Below are positions 8,767-18,535 of a stretch of DNA of 55,568 nt, in pieces. A program made the position numbers and the translations under genes. A model generated the notes under the pieces. That model was given only the letters and a program-made list of their open reading frames with translations. It searched no databases and was not told the origin of the DNA. Numbering within the stretch: the stretch's first letter is position 1; the number at the start of each line of letters is the position of its first letter. This DNA comes from Candidatus Woesearchaeota archaeon (GTDB lineage: Archaea > Nanobdellota > Nanobdellia > Pacearchaeales > GW2011-AR1): NCBI GenBank assembly GCA_964409555.1, contig CAYPDP010000004.1, positions 1-55,568 of the forward strand. Reading direction: 5' to 3'.

Positions 8767-10050
8767 ATGAAAAAAATTAAAAATAAAATAGCTAATAAGA
8801 AAATTTTCAATAAAAGAAGATATTATATTATTATATTCATCTTTCTAATATTATTAGTGTCTATAATTTATTTAAATAAAAATTCATTAAAAAAACAAGA
8901 ATCTATAGAAAATTTTAATATATTAAATGCTTTATCTTTGAAGAAGCTTGTTTTTAATCTTCCAAATATGGATAAGCAGATGTGCGAGACATTTCCAGGA
9001 ATAGTTTTATCAACACTTGAAGAACAAAAAGGAGTAGTTGATGCCTCATTTAAATATGAAAATCATGTTTTCACAGTTTATTATGTTCCTGAATTCATAT
9101 CTAAAGAAGAAATTCTTAATAATGAAGTTTATGCTTGGGTTGGAACAAAATTTATCAGTGAAGAGGATTTGAACATATCAAATATTGAAAAAATTTATAA
9201 AAATCGTGACAATAATAATGAACTTAAAATGCCTAAGAATCATATGTCAAATATAGATAATATTAAAGATTCTAAGATGATGAATTTGCAGGATTTTCCT
9301 AAATTAGTCAGTGCTGAATGGTTATCTAAAAATAATGAAAATGTTAAAATTATAGAAATAGGGTCAGTTGAGGAATATAATAAAGGTCATGAAAAGGGTG
9401 CAATAAATATTAATATAGAAGAAATTCGAACTACTCGTGATGGGGTGGCAAAACAAATTTTAAGTAAAGAAGATTTTGAGATCCTTATGAAAAATAAAGG
9501 AATATCTAATAATGACAGAATAGTTATTTATTCTAGCAAAAGTTTAACTCATGCTTCAAGACTTTACCTGACATTCAAATATTACGGTCATAAAAATGTT
9601 GCAATGCTTGATGGTGGAAAATATTTAATAGATAAAAAATCTATTTCAATAATGGTATCTCCTAAAAATTTTACAAATTATACTGCAACTATTGATAAAA
9701 ATATGATTGTTAATTCAGATTATATTTTAAATAAAATTGGAAATCCAAAAACAATTATTTTGGATGTGAGAAGCAAGCAGGAATTTGATCAGGGTCATAT
9801 ATCTGGAGCAATTAATATTGACTGGAATAATTTTATAAATGCTGATGGGACTCTAAAAAACAACAATGAACTAAAATTTTTGTTAAAAGAGATTGATTCA
9901 GGCAAGGAAATTATTGTTTATTGTGTATCTGGAACAAGGGCAAGTTATGCATGGTTTGTGCTGTCAGAGATACAAGGGTATTTAGATATAAAATTATTTG
10001 ACGGTTCAATGATTGAATGGAGTTACAAACAATTGCCGTTAGAAAAATAA
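8767..10050 (+). CDS. Membrane-anchored tandem rhodanese sulfurtransferase with HMA-like N-domain
   Basis: GHEKGA, MLDGG, LDVRS...GHISGA, active loop YCVSGTRA, LFDGSMIEW. Confidence 0.8.
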   Translation: MKKIKNKIANKKIFNKRRYYIIIFIFLILLVSIIYLNKNSLKKQESIENFNILNALSLKKLVFNLPNMDKQMCETFPGIVLSTLEEQKGVVDASFKYENHVFTVYYVPEFISKEEILNNEVYAWVGTKFISEEDLNISNIEKIYKNRDNNNELKMPKNHMSNIDNIKDSKMMNLQDFPKLVSAEWLSKNNENVKIIEIGSVEEYNKGHEKGAININIEEIRTTRDGVAKQILSKEDFEILMKNKGISNNDRIVIYSSKSLTHASRLYLTFKYYGHKNVAMLDGGKYLIDKKSISIMVSPKNFTNYTATIDKNMIVNSDYILNKIGNPKTIILDVRSKQEFDQGHISGAINIDWNNFINADGTLKNNNELKFLLKEIDSGKEIIVYCVSGTRASYAWFVLSEIQGYLDIKLFDGSMIEWSYKQLPLEK

Positions 10051-10051
10051 A

Positions 10052-10324
10052 ATGGATGAAATAAAAAAACTTAAAGAGAGTATGGATAATCATGCTGAAA
10101 AAGAAGGAATTAAATTAAATCCTAATGAGAATATTGTTAATGTTATATTTAATGGTTTGTTAAAAAATAAAGAGAAAAAGGGTTCAATGTTTTGTCCTTG
10201 CAGAATTCCGACTGGAGATGAAGAAGAGGATAAAAAAATAGTTTGTCCTTGTGTTTATCATCTTGAGGAAATAAAAAAAGATGGTCATTGTAAATGTAAT
10301 TTATTTGTAAAATTAAATAGTTAG
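10052..10324 (+). CDS. Ferredoxin:thioredoxin reductase catalytic subunit
   Basis: FCPCR...VCPC...GHCKC. Confidence 0.9.
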   Translation: MDEIKKLKESMDNHAEKEGIKLNPNENIVNVIFNGLLKNKEKKGSMFCPCRIPTGDEEEDKKIVCPCVYHLEEIKKDGHCKCNLFVKLNS

Positions 10325-10393
10325 ATTTATATATAAAAATAAAATAGTTATAGAAAGAGGATGAAATTTTTTTATAATTAATATAAAAATAAG

Positions 10394-11227
10394 ATGAAAA
10401 TATTTATTGATAGTGCTGATATTGAAGAAATTAAAGAGGCTGTAAGTTATGGAATTTTAGATGGAGTTACAACTAATCCTAGTTTGATAAAAAAAGCTAT
10501 TGAAAATCAGAAAAAAAGAGGAAGAAAAATTGATATGAATTCTTATATAAAAAATATTTTAAAAATTTGTAAAGGAAAATCTGTTAGTTTAGAAGTTCTT
10601 GGTAGAAATTATGAGGAAATGATTAAAGAGGGAAGAAGTTTATATAAAAAATTTAATTCTGTTGCAAAAAATGTTTATATAAAAATTCCAATTAATACTT
10701 GTATGAAGGAGAATTGTGTTGATAGTTATGATGGAATTAAAGCAATAAAAACTCTTTCTAAAGAAGGAATACCTATTAATTGTACATTAATATTTACACC
10801 AGAACAAGCATTGTTAGCAGCAAAAGCAGGAGCAAAATTTGTAAGTCCTTTTGTCGGTAGAATTGATGATTATATAAGAAATTCAAATAAAATAAAATTT
10901 GATAAAAAAGATTATTTTCCAGAAAATGGTTTAAAAAATGACAAAAAAATTTTAGAAGATAATGGAATATTATCTGGAGTGGATTTAGTCAAAAAATGTG
11001 TAGATATTTTAAAATTATATAATTTTAAAACAGAAGTTTTAGCAGCGAGTATAAGAAATAGTAGACAAGTAAGAGAGGTTGCTTTAGTTGGAGCAAATAT
11101 TTCAACACTCCCTTTAGAAATAATTAAAAATTCTTTAACACATTATAAAACAATTGAAGGTATGAAGAAATTTACAAAAGATATTATTCCAGAATATTCT
11201 AAGATTGTAGGATATGAGGAAAAATAA
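10394..11227 (+). CDS. tal: Transaldolase (TalC/FSA family)
   Basis: GVTTNPSLI, VSLEV (Glu), IKIP, VSPFVGR (Phe; transaldolase rather than FSA pattern). Confidence 0.9.
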   Translation: MKIFIDSADIEEIKEAVSYGILDGVTTNPSLIKKAIENQKKRGRKIDMNSYIKNILKICKGKSVSLEVLGRNYEEMIKEGRSLYKKFNSVAKNVYIKIPINTCMKENCVDSYDGIKAIKTLSKEGIPINCTLIFTPEQALLAAKAGAKFVSPFVGRIDDYIRNSNKIKFDKKDYFPENGLKNDKKILEDNGILSGVDLVKKCVDILKLYNFKTEVLAASIRNSRQVREVALVGANISTLPLEIIKNSLTHYKTIEGMKKFTKDIIPEYSKIVGYEEK

Positions 11228-12124
11228 ATGAAAATTGATAAAAAAAATATTCCTAATCTTGATGAAATTGTATTAAGTGCAATTAATCTTTTTATAAAAG
11301 ATAAATTACCTAAAATAAATATTGGTAAATATAAACGTCTTTTAGTTGTTGGAAGCGGGAATGCTGCAGTAACAGGTAAAATAATTTTTGAAAAAAAAGA
11401 TGCTATTTTTGCTGATGAAAGTAATTATAAAGAAAAATTAAAAGCAATTAAAGAAGTTGATAAAGCTGTTTTAATATCTGCATCTGGAGGAAAACATGCT
11501 CCGATTATTGCAAAAGAATTGAAAAAAAGAAAAATAAATACGATTCTTATTACAAATACTAAAAATTCTTTAGCAGAAAAATATGTTAATAAAACTTATA
11601 TTTTTCCTAAACAAACTGAACCTTATACTTATAATACTTCAACTTACATGGGAAGTATAATTTCATATACTCAAGAAAATCCAAAAGAAATTTTAGATTA
11701 TTTAAAAAATATCAAAAAGAAGATTCCAAAGAATTTTAATAAATATGATTCGTATTATATAATTGTTCCTAATGAATTTGATTTGATAAGAGAAATGTTT
11801 CTTACAAAATTTGATGAACTTTTTGGGCCAAAAATATCTGGAAGAGTTTTTACAATTGAACAAACAAAACATGCTAAAACTTTAGTTCCTTCAGATAAAG
11901 AATTGTTTATAAGTTTTGGTTATAAAAATAATATCTTTGGTAAGAATAGATTAAATATCAGTCTCCCTTCAAAATTCAGTTATGCAACACTTCTTGCTGT
12001 AGGATATTATATAATAGGTCATATTCAAAAACAAAATAAACCTTATTTTAAAGAAAATATTGAGAATTATGCAAAAGAAGCATCAAAAATGTTTAAACAA
12101 AAAATAAATCCAATAGTTGAATAA
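11228..12124 (+). CDS. SIS-domain sugar-phosphate isomerase, probable glucose-6-phosphate isomerase (PGI/PMI-like)
   Basis: VVGSGNA, LISASGG, EQTKHA; position inside the PPP operon. Confidence 0.55.
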   Translation: MKIDKKNIPNLDEIVLSAINLFIKDKLPKINIGKYKRLLVVGSGNAAVTGKIIFEKKDAIFADESNYKEKLKAIKEVDKAVLISASGGKHAPIIAKELKKRKINTILITNTKNSLAEKYVNKTYIFPKQTEPYTYNTSTYMGSIISYTQENPKEILDYLKNIKKKIPKNFNKYDSYYIIVPNEFDLIREMFLTKFDELFGPKISGRVFTIEQTKHAKTLVPSDKELFISFGYKNNIFGKNRLNISLPSKFSYATLLAVGYYIIGHIQKQNKPYFKENIENYAKEASKMFKQKINPIVE

Positions 12125-13491
12125 TGAAAAAAGATACAACTTTTATAATACTTGGGGCAACAGGAGATTTAACAAAAAGAAAAATAATTCCTGCAATTTA
12201 TAATTTATTAAAAGATAAAAAGATAAAAAAATTTGTAATTATTGGAGTTGCACGTTCAGATATTGATATTCAGAAAATACTTTTAGAATCAAAAAAATTA
12301 ATTAAAAATTTAGATAAAAAAACATGGGAGAAAATTGTTAATTCATCATATTATAGACCTTTAGATTTTTATAATAAAAATGATTATAAAAAATTTGAAG
12401 AGTTTGTTATTGAAATTGAAAAAAAACATAATTTAAATGGTAGAAGAATATTTTATTTAGCAACTTTACCCCAACATTTTAAGAATATAACTTTTAATTT
12501 ATCAAAACTTCAAATATCTAAAGAAAATGAAAATAAAGATATTTCTGTTGTTTATGAAAAACCTTTTGGAGATGATTTAAAATCAGCAAGAGAAATTAAT
12601 AAGAATATCAATAAAATTTTTAAAGAAAAACAGATTTATAGGATTGACCATTATCTTGGAAAAAAATTGGTGGGAAATATTGCTTTAATTAGATTTACAA
12701 ATCGTATTTTTGAGCCATTATGGAATAAAGAAAATATTAGTTCTGTTGAAATTATTTTAAGCGAGAATTTCGGAATTAAAGAGAGAGGTAATTTTTATGA
12801 TAAATATGGTGCACTTAAAGATGTTGTTCAGAATCATGCTTTTCAATTACTTTCCTTGATAGCAATGGAATCTCCAAAGATGATTTCAGGAGAATATTTA
12901 AGAAATGAGAAAAAAAAAGTTCTTGAAAAAGTAAAAATTAAAGATGTAATTTTGGGACAATATGAAGGGTATAAAAAAGAAAAAGGGGTGGAAAAAAATT
13001 CTGTAACAGAAACTTTTGCTGGGCTTCATTTGCAAATTAATAATCCTCGTTGGAAAGGAGTTCCATTTTATATAAAAGCAGGTAAAAATCTAGATAAAAA
13101 TAATGTGAGTATCCATATTAAATTTAAAAAAACAAATTGTCTTCTTTCTAAAAATTGTTCAATGGATGAAAATGAATTTATAATAAAAATACAACCTGAA
13201 AGAAAATTTGAATTAAAAATAAATTCTAAAGTTCAGGAATCTAATTTTGAAGTATCACCTATAAATATGGAATTTTGTTATACTTGTTTGTATGGTCCAA
13301 ATACACCTGAAGCTTATGAAGTTTTATTAGAGGAAATTATAAAAAGAGATCAATCTTTCTTTGTAAGAAATGATGAGATTGAAGAAGCGTGGAAAATTAT
13401 TGATCAAATAGAAAAACAAAATAATAAAATTAATATTTATAAAAAAGGGAGTGAAGGTCCTAAAGAATTAAAAAATTGGAATATAAATTAA
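12124..13491 (+). CDS. zwf: Glucose-6-phosphate dehydrogenase, bacterial type
   Basis: GATGDL, GVAR, EKPFG, RIDHYLGK, DVVQNH. Confidence 0.95.
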   Translation: MKKDTTFIILGATGDLTKRKIIPAIYNLLKDKKIKKFVIIGVARSDIDIQKILLESKKLIKNLDKKTWEKIVNSSYYRPLDFYNKNDYKKFEEFVIEIEKKHNLNGRRIFYLATLPQHFKNITFNLSKLQISKENENKDISVVYEKPFGDDLKSAREINKNINKIFKEKQIYRIDHYLGKKLVGNIALIRFTNRIFEPLWNKENISSVEIILSENFGIKERGNFYDKYGALKDVVQNHAFQLLSLIAMESPKMISGEYLRNEKKKVLEKVKIKDVILGQYEGYKKEKGVEKNSVTETFAGLHLQINNPRWKGVPFYIKAGKNLDKNNVSIHIKFKKTNCLLSKNCSMDENEFIIKIQPERKFELKINSKVQESNFEVSPINMEFCYTCLYGPNTPEAYEVLLEEIIKRDQSFFVRNDEIEEAWKIIDQIEKQNNKINIYKKGSEGPKELKNWNIN

Positions 13492-13495
13492 AAAA

Positions 13496-14395
13496 ATGAA
13501 AATTGGATTTATTGGATTAGGTAGAATGGGAAATAATATGGTTTTAAATCTTTTAGAAAATAATCATAAAATTGTAGTAAATAATAGATCTCCAGAACCT
13601 ATAAAAAAATTAGCAAAAAAAGGTGCAATACCTGCTTTTAATTTAAAAGAGCTTTTTGAAAATCTTCCAAAACAAAAAATAATTTGGTTAATGATTCCAG
13701 CAGGAAAACCAGTAGACGATATTCTTAAAAAAATTACTCCTTTCATGAAAAAAGGAGATATTATAATTGATGGGGGAAATTCTTTTTTTAAAGATTCAAT
13801 TAAAAGATATAAGAAATTCAAAAAAAATAAAATTGGTTATTTAGATTGTGGAACTTCAGGAGGAATGGAAGGTGCAAGACATGGTGCATGTATGATGATT
13901 GGAGGAGATAAGAATGTATTTGAGAAAGTTAAAATTTTGTTTAAAGATATGACTGTAAAAAATGGTTATGGATATATGGGGAAAGCTGGTTCAGGTCATT
14001 TTGTAAAAGGAATTCATAATGCTATTGAATACGGAATGATGGGTGCATTAAACGAGGGATTTGAAGCAATTAAAAAACAAAAAAAATATTTTGGAACTGA
14101 TTTAAAGGAAGTATCAAAAGTTTATGATAATGGGAGTATTATTGAAGGAAGACTTTCACACTGGCTTTTTGATGCTATGAGTAAACCTAATTATTTTAAT
14201 AGTATTTCTTGCCAGGTTCCAAAAGGAGAAACTGAAAATGAAATGGAGTTTTTAGAAAAAATGTCTTATATGCCAATACTTCATCAAGCAAGATTAATGA
14301 GAGTTAATTCGAGAAAAAATAAATTTTGTGGAAGAGTAATATCTGCATTAAGAAATGAATTTGGAGGTCATAAGGTTATTAAGAAAAATAAATAA
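13496..14395 (+). CDS. gnd: 6-phosphogluconate dehydrogenase, decarboxylating, short type
   Basis: GLGRMG, NRS, IDGGNS, SGG, KGIHNAIEY. Confidence 0.92.
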   Translation: MKIGFIGLGRMGNNMVLNLLENNHKIVVNNRSPEPIKKLAKKGAIPAFNLKELFENLPKQKIIWLMIPAGKPVDDILKKITPFMKKGDIIIDGGNSFFKDSIKRYKKFKKNKIGYLDCGTSGGMEGARHGACMMIGGDKNVFEKVKILFKDMTVKNGYGYMGKAGSGHFVKGIHNAIEYGMMGALNEGFEAIKKQKKYFGTDLKEVSKVYDNGSIIEGRLSHWLFDAMSKPNYFNSISCQVPKGETENEMEFLEKMSYMPILHQARLMRVNSRKNKFCGRVISALRNEFGGHKVIKKNK

Positions 14396-14396
14396 A

Positions 14397-14846
14397 ATGA
14401 AAAAAATATATATTGCAGGAGATCATGCTGGTTTAAAATTAAAATTAAAAATTAAAAAATATCTTGAGAATTTAAATTTCAAAGTATTTGATTTTGGTCC
14501 TTTAGAATATGATTCAACAGATGATTATCCTGATTTTGTAATACCTCTTGCAAAAAAAATTTCAAAAGAAAAAGGAAGTAAGGGAATTGTTATTGCGGGT
14601 TCAGGACAAGGAGAGGCAATTGCAATGAATAAATTCAAAAATGTTAGAGCAGCTTTATATCATGGAGGCAATACAAAAATTGTTCAAACAGGAAGAGCTC
14701 ATGACAATTCAAATATTTTATCCTTGGGTTCAAGATTTATTACAGAAACTGAAGCAAAAAGAGCAATTAAAATATTTTTGAATACTGGTTTTGATGAAGG
14801 GAGACATAGAAGAAGACTTAATAAAATTAAAAAAATGGTGAAATAA
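14397..14846 (+). CDS. rpiB: Ribose-5-phosphate isomerase B
   Basis: DHAG, DDYPD, GSGQG, HDNSN, GRHRRR; start moved to ATG 14397. Confidence 0.92.
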   Translation: MKKIYIAGDHAGLKLKLKIKKYLENLNFKVFDFGPLEYDSTDDYPDFVIPLAKKISKEKGSKGIVIAGSGQGEAIAMNKFKNVRAALYHGGNTKIVQTGRAHDNSNILSLGSRFITETEAKRAIKIFLNTGFDEGRHRRRLNKIKKMVK

Positions 14847-14867
14847 TTTATATTTAATTATTATAAT

Positions 14868-15491
14868 ATGAAAAAACAGATAATTTCTTCAATAATTGCA
14901 AAAAATCAGCAAGAATTAAAAAAAAGAATTAAAAAAATTATTAATTTGAAGAGATTTCAATTAGATGTTATGGATGGTAAATTTGTTTCAAATAAATCTT
15001 TACTTTTTAATTTTGAACTTCCAAGATTAAAAAAATATGAAGCACATTTAATGATTAAAAATCCTGAAAAATGGATAAATAAAAATTATAAAAAAGTTGA
15101 TACAATTATATTTCATATTGAATCTACAAAAAATCCTTTAAAAATAATTAAATTAATCAAAAATAAAAAAAAGAATGTTGGAATTGCTTTAAATCCTAAA
15201 ACTTCAATTAATGAAATTAAACCTTACCTTAAAAATATTTCCTTGGTTCTTATTATGACAGTAAATCCTGGAAAATATGGGGCTAAATTTTTATCATCTA
15301 CTTTAATTAAAATAGAAAAATTAAGAAAAATTAAAAAAGATATTAATATAGAAGTTGATGGAGGAATAAATTCAGAAACAATAATTAAAGTAAATAAAGC
15401 AGGAGCAAATTTATTTGTTGTTGGTTCTTATTTTCAAAAAAGTGTAAATATTAAGAAAGATATTAATAAATTAAAAAAGATTGTTAAATAA
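14868..15491 (+). CDS. rpe: Ribulose-phosphate 3-epimerase
   Basis: LDVMDGKFV, EAHLM, MTVNPG, EVDGG. Confidence 0.92.
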   Translation: MKKQIISSIIAKNQQELKKRIKKIINLKRFQLDVMDGKFVSNKSLLFNFELPRLKKYEAHLMIKNPEKWINKNYKKVDTIIFHIESTKNPLKIIKLIKNKKKNVGIALNPKTSINEIKPYLKNISLVLIMTVNPGKYGAKFLSSTLIKIEKLRKIKKDINIEVDGGINSETIIKVNKAGANLFVVGSYFQKSVNIKKDINKLKKIVK

Positions 15492-15492
15492 A

Positions 15493-17316
15493 ATGGCTAA
15501 TTTAAAAGAATTAAAAGATATTGCAAATGTTCTAAGAAGAGATGTTATGAAAATGACAACTTCAGCTGGTTCTGGACATCCGACTTCTTGCATGAGTTGT
15601 GCAGAAATAATGTCCTATTTATTTTTCAAAGAAATGAATTATGATACAAAAAATCCTTTTAATTCAGATAATGATGAATTTATTTTGAGCAAAGGTCATG
15701 CTGCTCCAATTTTATATTCTTGTTTATATCATTCTAATTGTATTAAAGAAGACCTTCTTTCATTAAGAAAAATTAATAGTAAATTAGAAGGACATCCTAT
15801 GCCTTCTTCTTTAAATTGGATTAAAGTAGCCACAGGTTCTTTAGGGCAAGGGCTTTCGGTGGGAATTGGAATGGCTCTTGCATCAAAAATTCAAAAAAAG
15901 AAGTATAACACTTATGTTCTTTTAGGAGATAGTGAGATAGCTGAGGGTTCAATTTATGAAGCTTTGCAATTAGCATCTTTCTATAAATTGGATAATCTTG
16001 TAGCAATTATTGATGTCAACAAGTTAGGGCAAAGAGGTGAAACAATGCTTGGCCATAAGACAATTTCATATCAAAATAGATTTAAATCATTTGGATGGGA
16101 TAGTATAATTATTGATGGACATGATATTGAAAAAGTTTCTAAGGCATTTAAATTAGCAAAAAATTCAAAAAAACCTTTTGTAATAATAGCAAAAACTTTG
16201 AAAGGTAAAGGAGTTTCTTTTTTAGAAAATAAAAATGGTTGGCACGGAAAACCTTTGAATAAAGATGAATTAAATAAAGCATTAAAAGAAATTCCAAAAG
16301 TTAATATTCCTAAAATTAAAATAGAAAAACCAAAGTCAATTAATTTTAAATTTAAAAAAAATAATAAGGAAAATGTTTTGAAATATTCTAAAGATGAAAA
16401 AGTTGCTACAAGAGATGCTTATGGAAATGCTCTTGCAAATTTAGCTTATTTAGATTCAAGAATTTTGGCGATTGATGCAGAAGTTAGTAATTCTACAAAA
16501 TCTGGAGAAGTTAAGAATAAAACTCCTAAACAATTTATTGAGGCTTATATTGCAGAACAAAATATGATTGGAATGGCTTTAGGGTTGAGTGTTCAAGGGT
16601 TTAGTGTTTTTGCTTCTACATTTGCGGCTTTTTTATCAAGAGCACATGACCAGATAAGAATGTCTGCTATTTCAAAAGCTAATTTGACTATTTGCGGTTC
16701 TCATGCAGGAATATCTATTGGAGAAGATGGAGCATCACAAATGGGAATTGAAGATATTGCTTTATTTAGATGTCTTCCTGAAAGTATTATATTTTATCCG
16801 AGTGATGCTGTATCTGCTTTTAAATTAGTCAATCTTGCAAATTCTCTAAAAGGAATAAAATATATTAGAACAACAAGAGAAAAAACTTCTGTAATTTATA
16901 ATAATAATGAAAAATTTAAACTAGGAGATTTTAAAATTTTAAAGCAATCTAAACAGGACAAAGTTGTTTTAATTGGAGCAGGAATAACTCTTCATGAAGC
17001 TTTAAAATCTTATTATGAATTAAAGAAAAAAAATATAAATATTGCAGTTGTTGATTTATATTGTATTAAACCATTTAATTCTAAAAAATTGTTGAAGTTT
17101 GTTGAAAAGCATGGGAAAAAAATAATTGTTGTAGAAGACCATAGACCTGAAGGAGGAATTGGAGAGATGATTTCATATGAATTAAGAAATGATAATATAA
17201 AAATAGAAACTCTTTCAGTTAAAGAAATTCCTCATTCTGGAAAAAAAGATGAATTACTTAATAAATATGGAATAAATTTTGAGAATATTATTAAAACTGT
17301 TAAAAAAATAATTTAG
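15493..17316 (+). CDS. tkt: Transketolase, single chain
   Basis: GHPTS, LSKGHA, GSLGQG, GDSE TPP motif, IAEQNM, GEDGASQ; ATG 15493. Confidence 0.95.
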   Translation: MANLKELKDIANVLRRDVMKMTTSAGSGHPTSCMSCAEIMSYLFFKEMNYDTKNPFNSDNDEFILSKGHAAPILYSCLYHSNCIKEDLLSLRKINSKLEGHPMPSSLNWIKVATGSLGQGLSVGIGMALASKIQKKKYNTYVLLGDSEIAEGSIYEALQLASFYKLDNLVAIIDVNKLGQRGETMLGHKTISYQNRFKSFGWDSIIIDGHDIEKVSKAFKLAKNSKKPFVIIAKTLKGKGVSFLENKNGWHGKPLNKDELNKALKEIPKVNIPKIKIEKPKSINFKFKKNNKENVLKYSKDEKVATRDAYGNALANLAYLDSRILAIDAEVSNSTKSGEVKNKTPKQFIEAYIAEQNMIGMALGLSVQGFSVFASTFAAFLSRAHDQIRMSAISKANLTICGSHAGISIGEDGASQMGIEDIALFRCLPESIIFYPSDAVSAFKLVNLANSLKGIKYIRTTREKTSVIYNNNEKFKLGDFKILKQSKQDKVVLIGAGITLHEALKSYYELKKKNINIAVVDLYCIKPFNSKKLLKFVEKHGKKIIVVEDHRPEGGIGEMISYELRNDNIKIETLSVKEIPHSGKKDELLNKYGINFENIIKTVKKII

Positions 17317-17317
17317 A

Positions 17318-17638
17318 TTAATAAAATTCTTTGAGTTTTCTGTGATTTTTAGGATGTCTTAGTTTTCTTAAAGCTCTTTCTTCAATTTGCCTTATTCTCT
17401 CAGGAGTGACTTTCATTATTTTTCCTATTTTATCACGAGTCATTTCTTCCCCTTTAAATCCAAATCTATATATTAATATTTTTCTCTCTCTTGACATAAG
17501 ATTATCTAAAGCATTATCTATTTCATTAGATAATTCTGATTTTCTAAATATTTCTTCAGGATTTCCGTAATTTGAAATAGGTTCGAGATTAATATCAGAT
17601 AAATAAACTATATTTAATAGTGGATTGTAATTTTTCAT
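17318..17638 (-). CDS. Stand-alone sigma-70 region 4 (RpoD-like) HTH protein
   Basis: RERKILIYRFG...TPERIRQIEERALRKLRHP resembles the C-terminus of primary sigma70. Confidence 0.85.
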   Translation of the reverse strand: MKNYNPLLNIVYLSDINLEPISNYGNPEEIFRKSELSNEIDNALDNLMSRERKILIYRFGFKGEEMTRDKIGKIMKVTPERIRQIEERALRKLRHPKNHRKLKEFY

Positions 17639-17770
17639 ATATTATATAATATTAGATTATTTTTAAATTTTTTTATCTTTTTAAGAAGTTTTAATAAATA
17701 AAAAATATATAAACTTTATTAATTTAAATTTAAAATTATATTTTTAGAACATATTCCTATCTTGAATTCT

Positions 17771-17899
17771 ATGAGTAAAGAAACAATTTCAGCAGGTCTT
17801 GGACCTATTGAACAGTATATAATTTTTTTAGTAACCTTTTTAATTATAGTTTTTATTGCTTATTTAATAAAAAGAAAAAAGATGAAAAATAAAAAATGA
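17771..17899 (+). CDS. 42-aa single-TM protein, absent from the ORF track
   Basis: MSKETISAGLGPIEQYIIFLVTFLIIVFIAYLIKRKKMKNKK; stop overlaps the next ATG (ATGA). Confidence 0.6.
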   Translation: MSKETISAGLGPIEQYIIFLVTFLIIVFIAYLIKRKKMKNKK

Positions 17900-18495
17900 A
17901 ATTTTCACAGAAAGAAATAAAAGATTTATTTTTTGCATGGATTATGATTTCTTTAGCTTTTACTATCTTATTTTCTGGAATTTCTACCTTATTTAATAAT
18001 CCTTCTTTTTTTATTTTATCTTTTTTAATTTCAGGATTTACAGCAGGAATAGGATTTTTGCTTCATGAACTTATGCATAAATATGTTGCGCAAAATTATG
18101 GATTAAAGGCAGAATTTGTTGCATTTTATAACATGTTATTTTTAGCAATTGGATTTTCTTTTTTTGGTTTTATCTTAGCTGCACCAGGTGCAGTAATGAT
18201 GCAAGGAAGAAGAATTACAAAAGAACAAAATGGAAAAATTTCTCTCGCAGGACCTATGACTAATATTGTTTTGGGTTTAGGATTTCTTATACCTCTTATT
18301 TTCTTAAAACCAGAGGGTATTTTAAGAATATTTCTTGATTATGGTCTTATAATAAATGCACTTTTAGCTTTATTCAATTTGATACCTTTGGGACCTTTTG
18401 ATGGAAAGAAAATTTGGGAATGGAACAAAACAATTCATATTATAACAGTTTTAATTGCTTTAGGATTATTTTTGAGTAAGTGGGTTTTGTTTTAA
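17896..18495 (+). CDS. Site-2 protease (M50) intramembrane metalloprotease
   Basis: HELMH, LAGP, NLIPLGPFDG. Confidence 0.9.
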   Translation: MKFSQKEIKDLFFAWIMISLAFTILFSGISTLFNNPSFFILSFLISGFTAGIGFLLHELMHKYVAQNYGLKAEFVAFYNMLFLAIGFSFFGFILAAPGAVMMQGRRITKEQNGKISLAGPMTNIVLGLGFLIPLIFLKPEGILRIFLDYGLIINALLALFNLIPLGPFDGKKIWEWNKTIHIITVLIALGLFLSKWVLF

Positions 18496-18535
18496 AATCA
18501 AAACATTTATATATTAATCTGTATTTAACTTTCAT

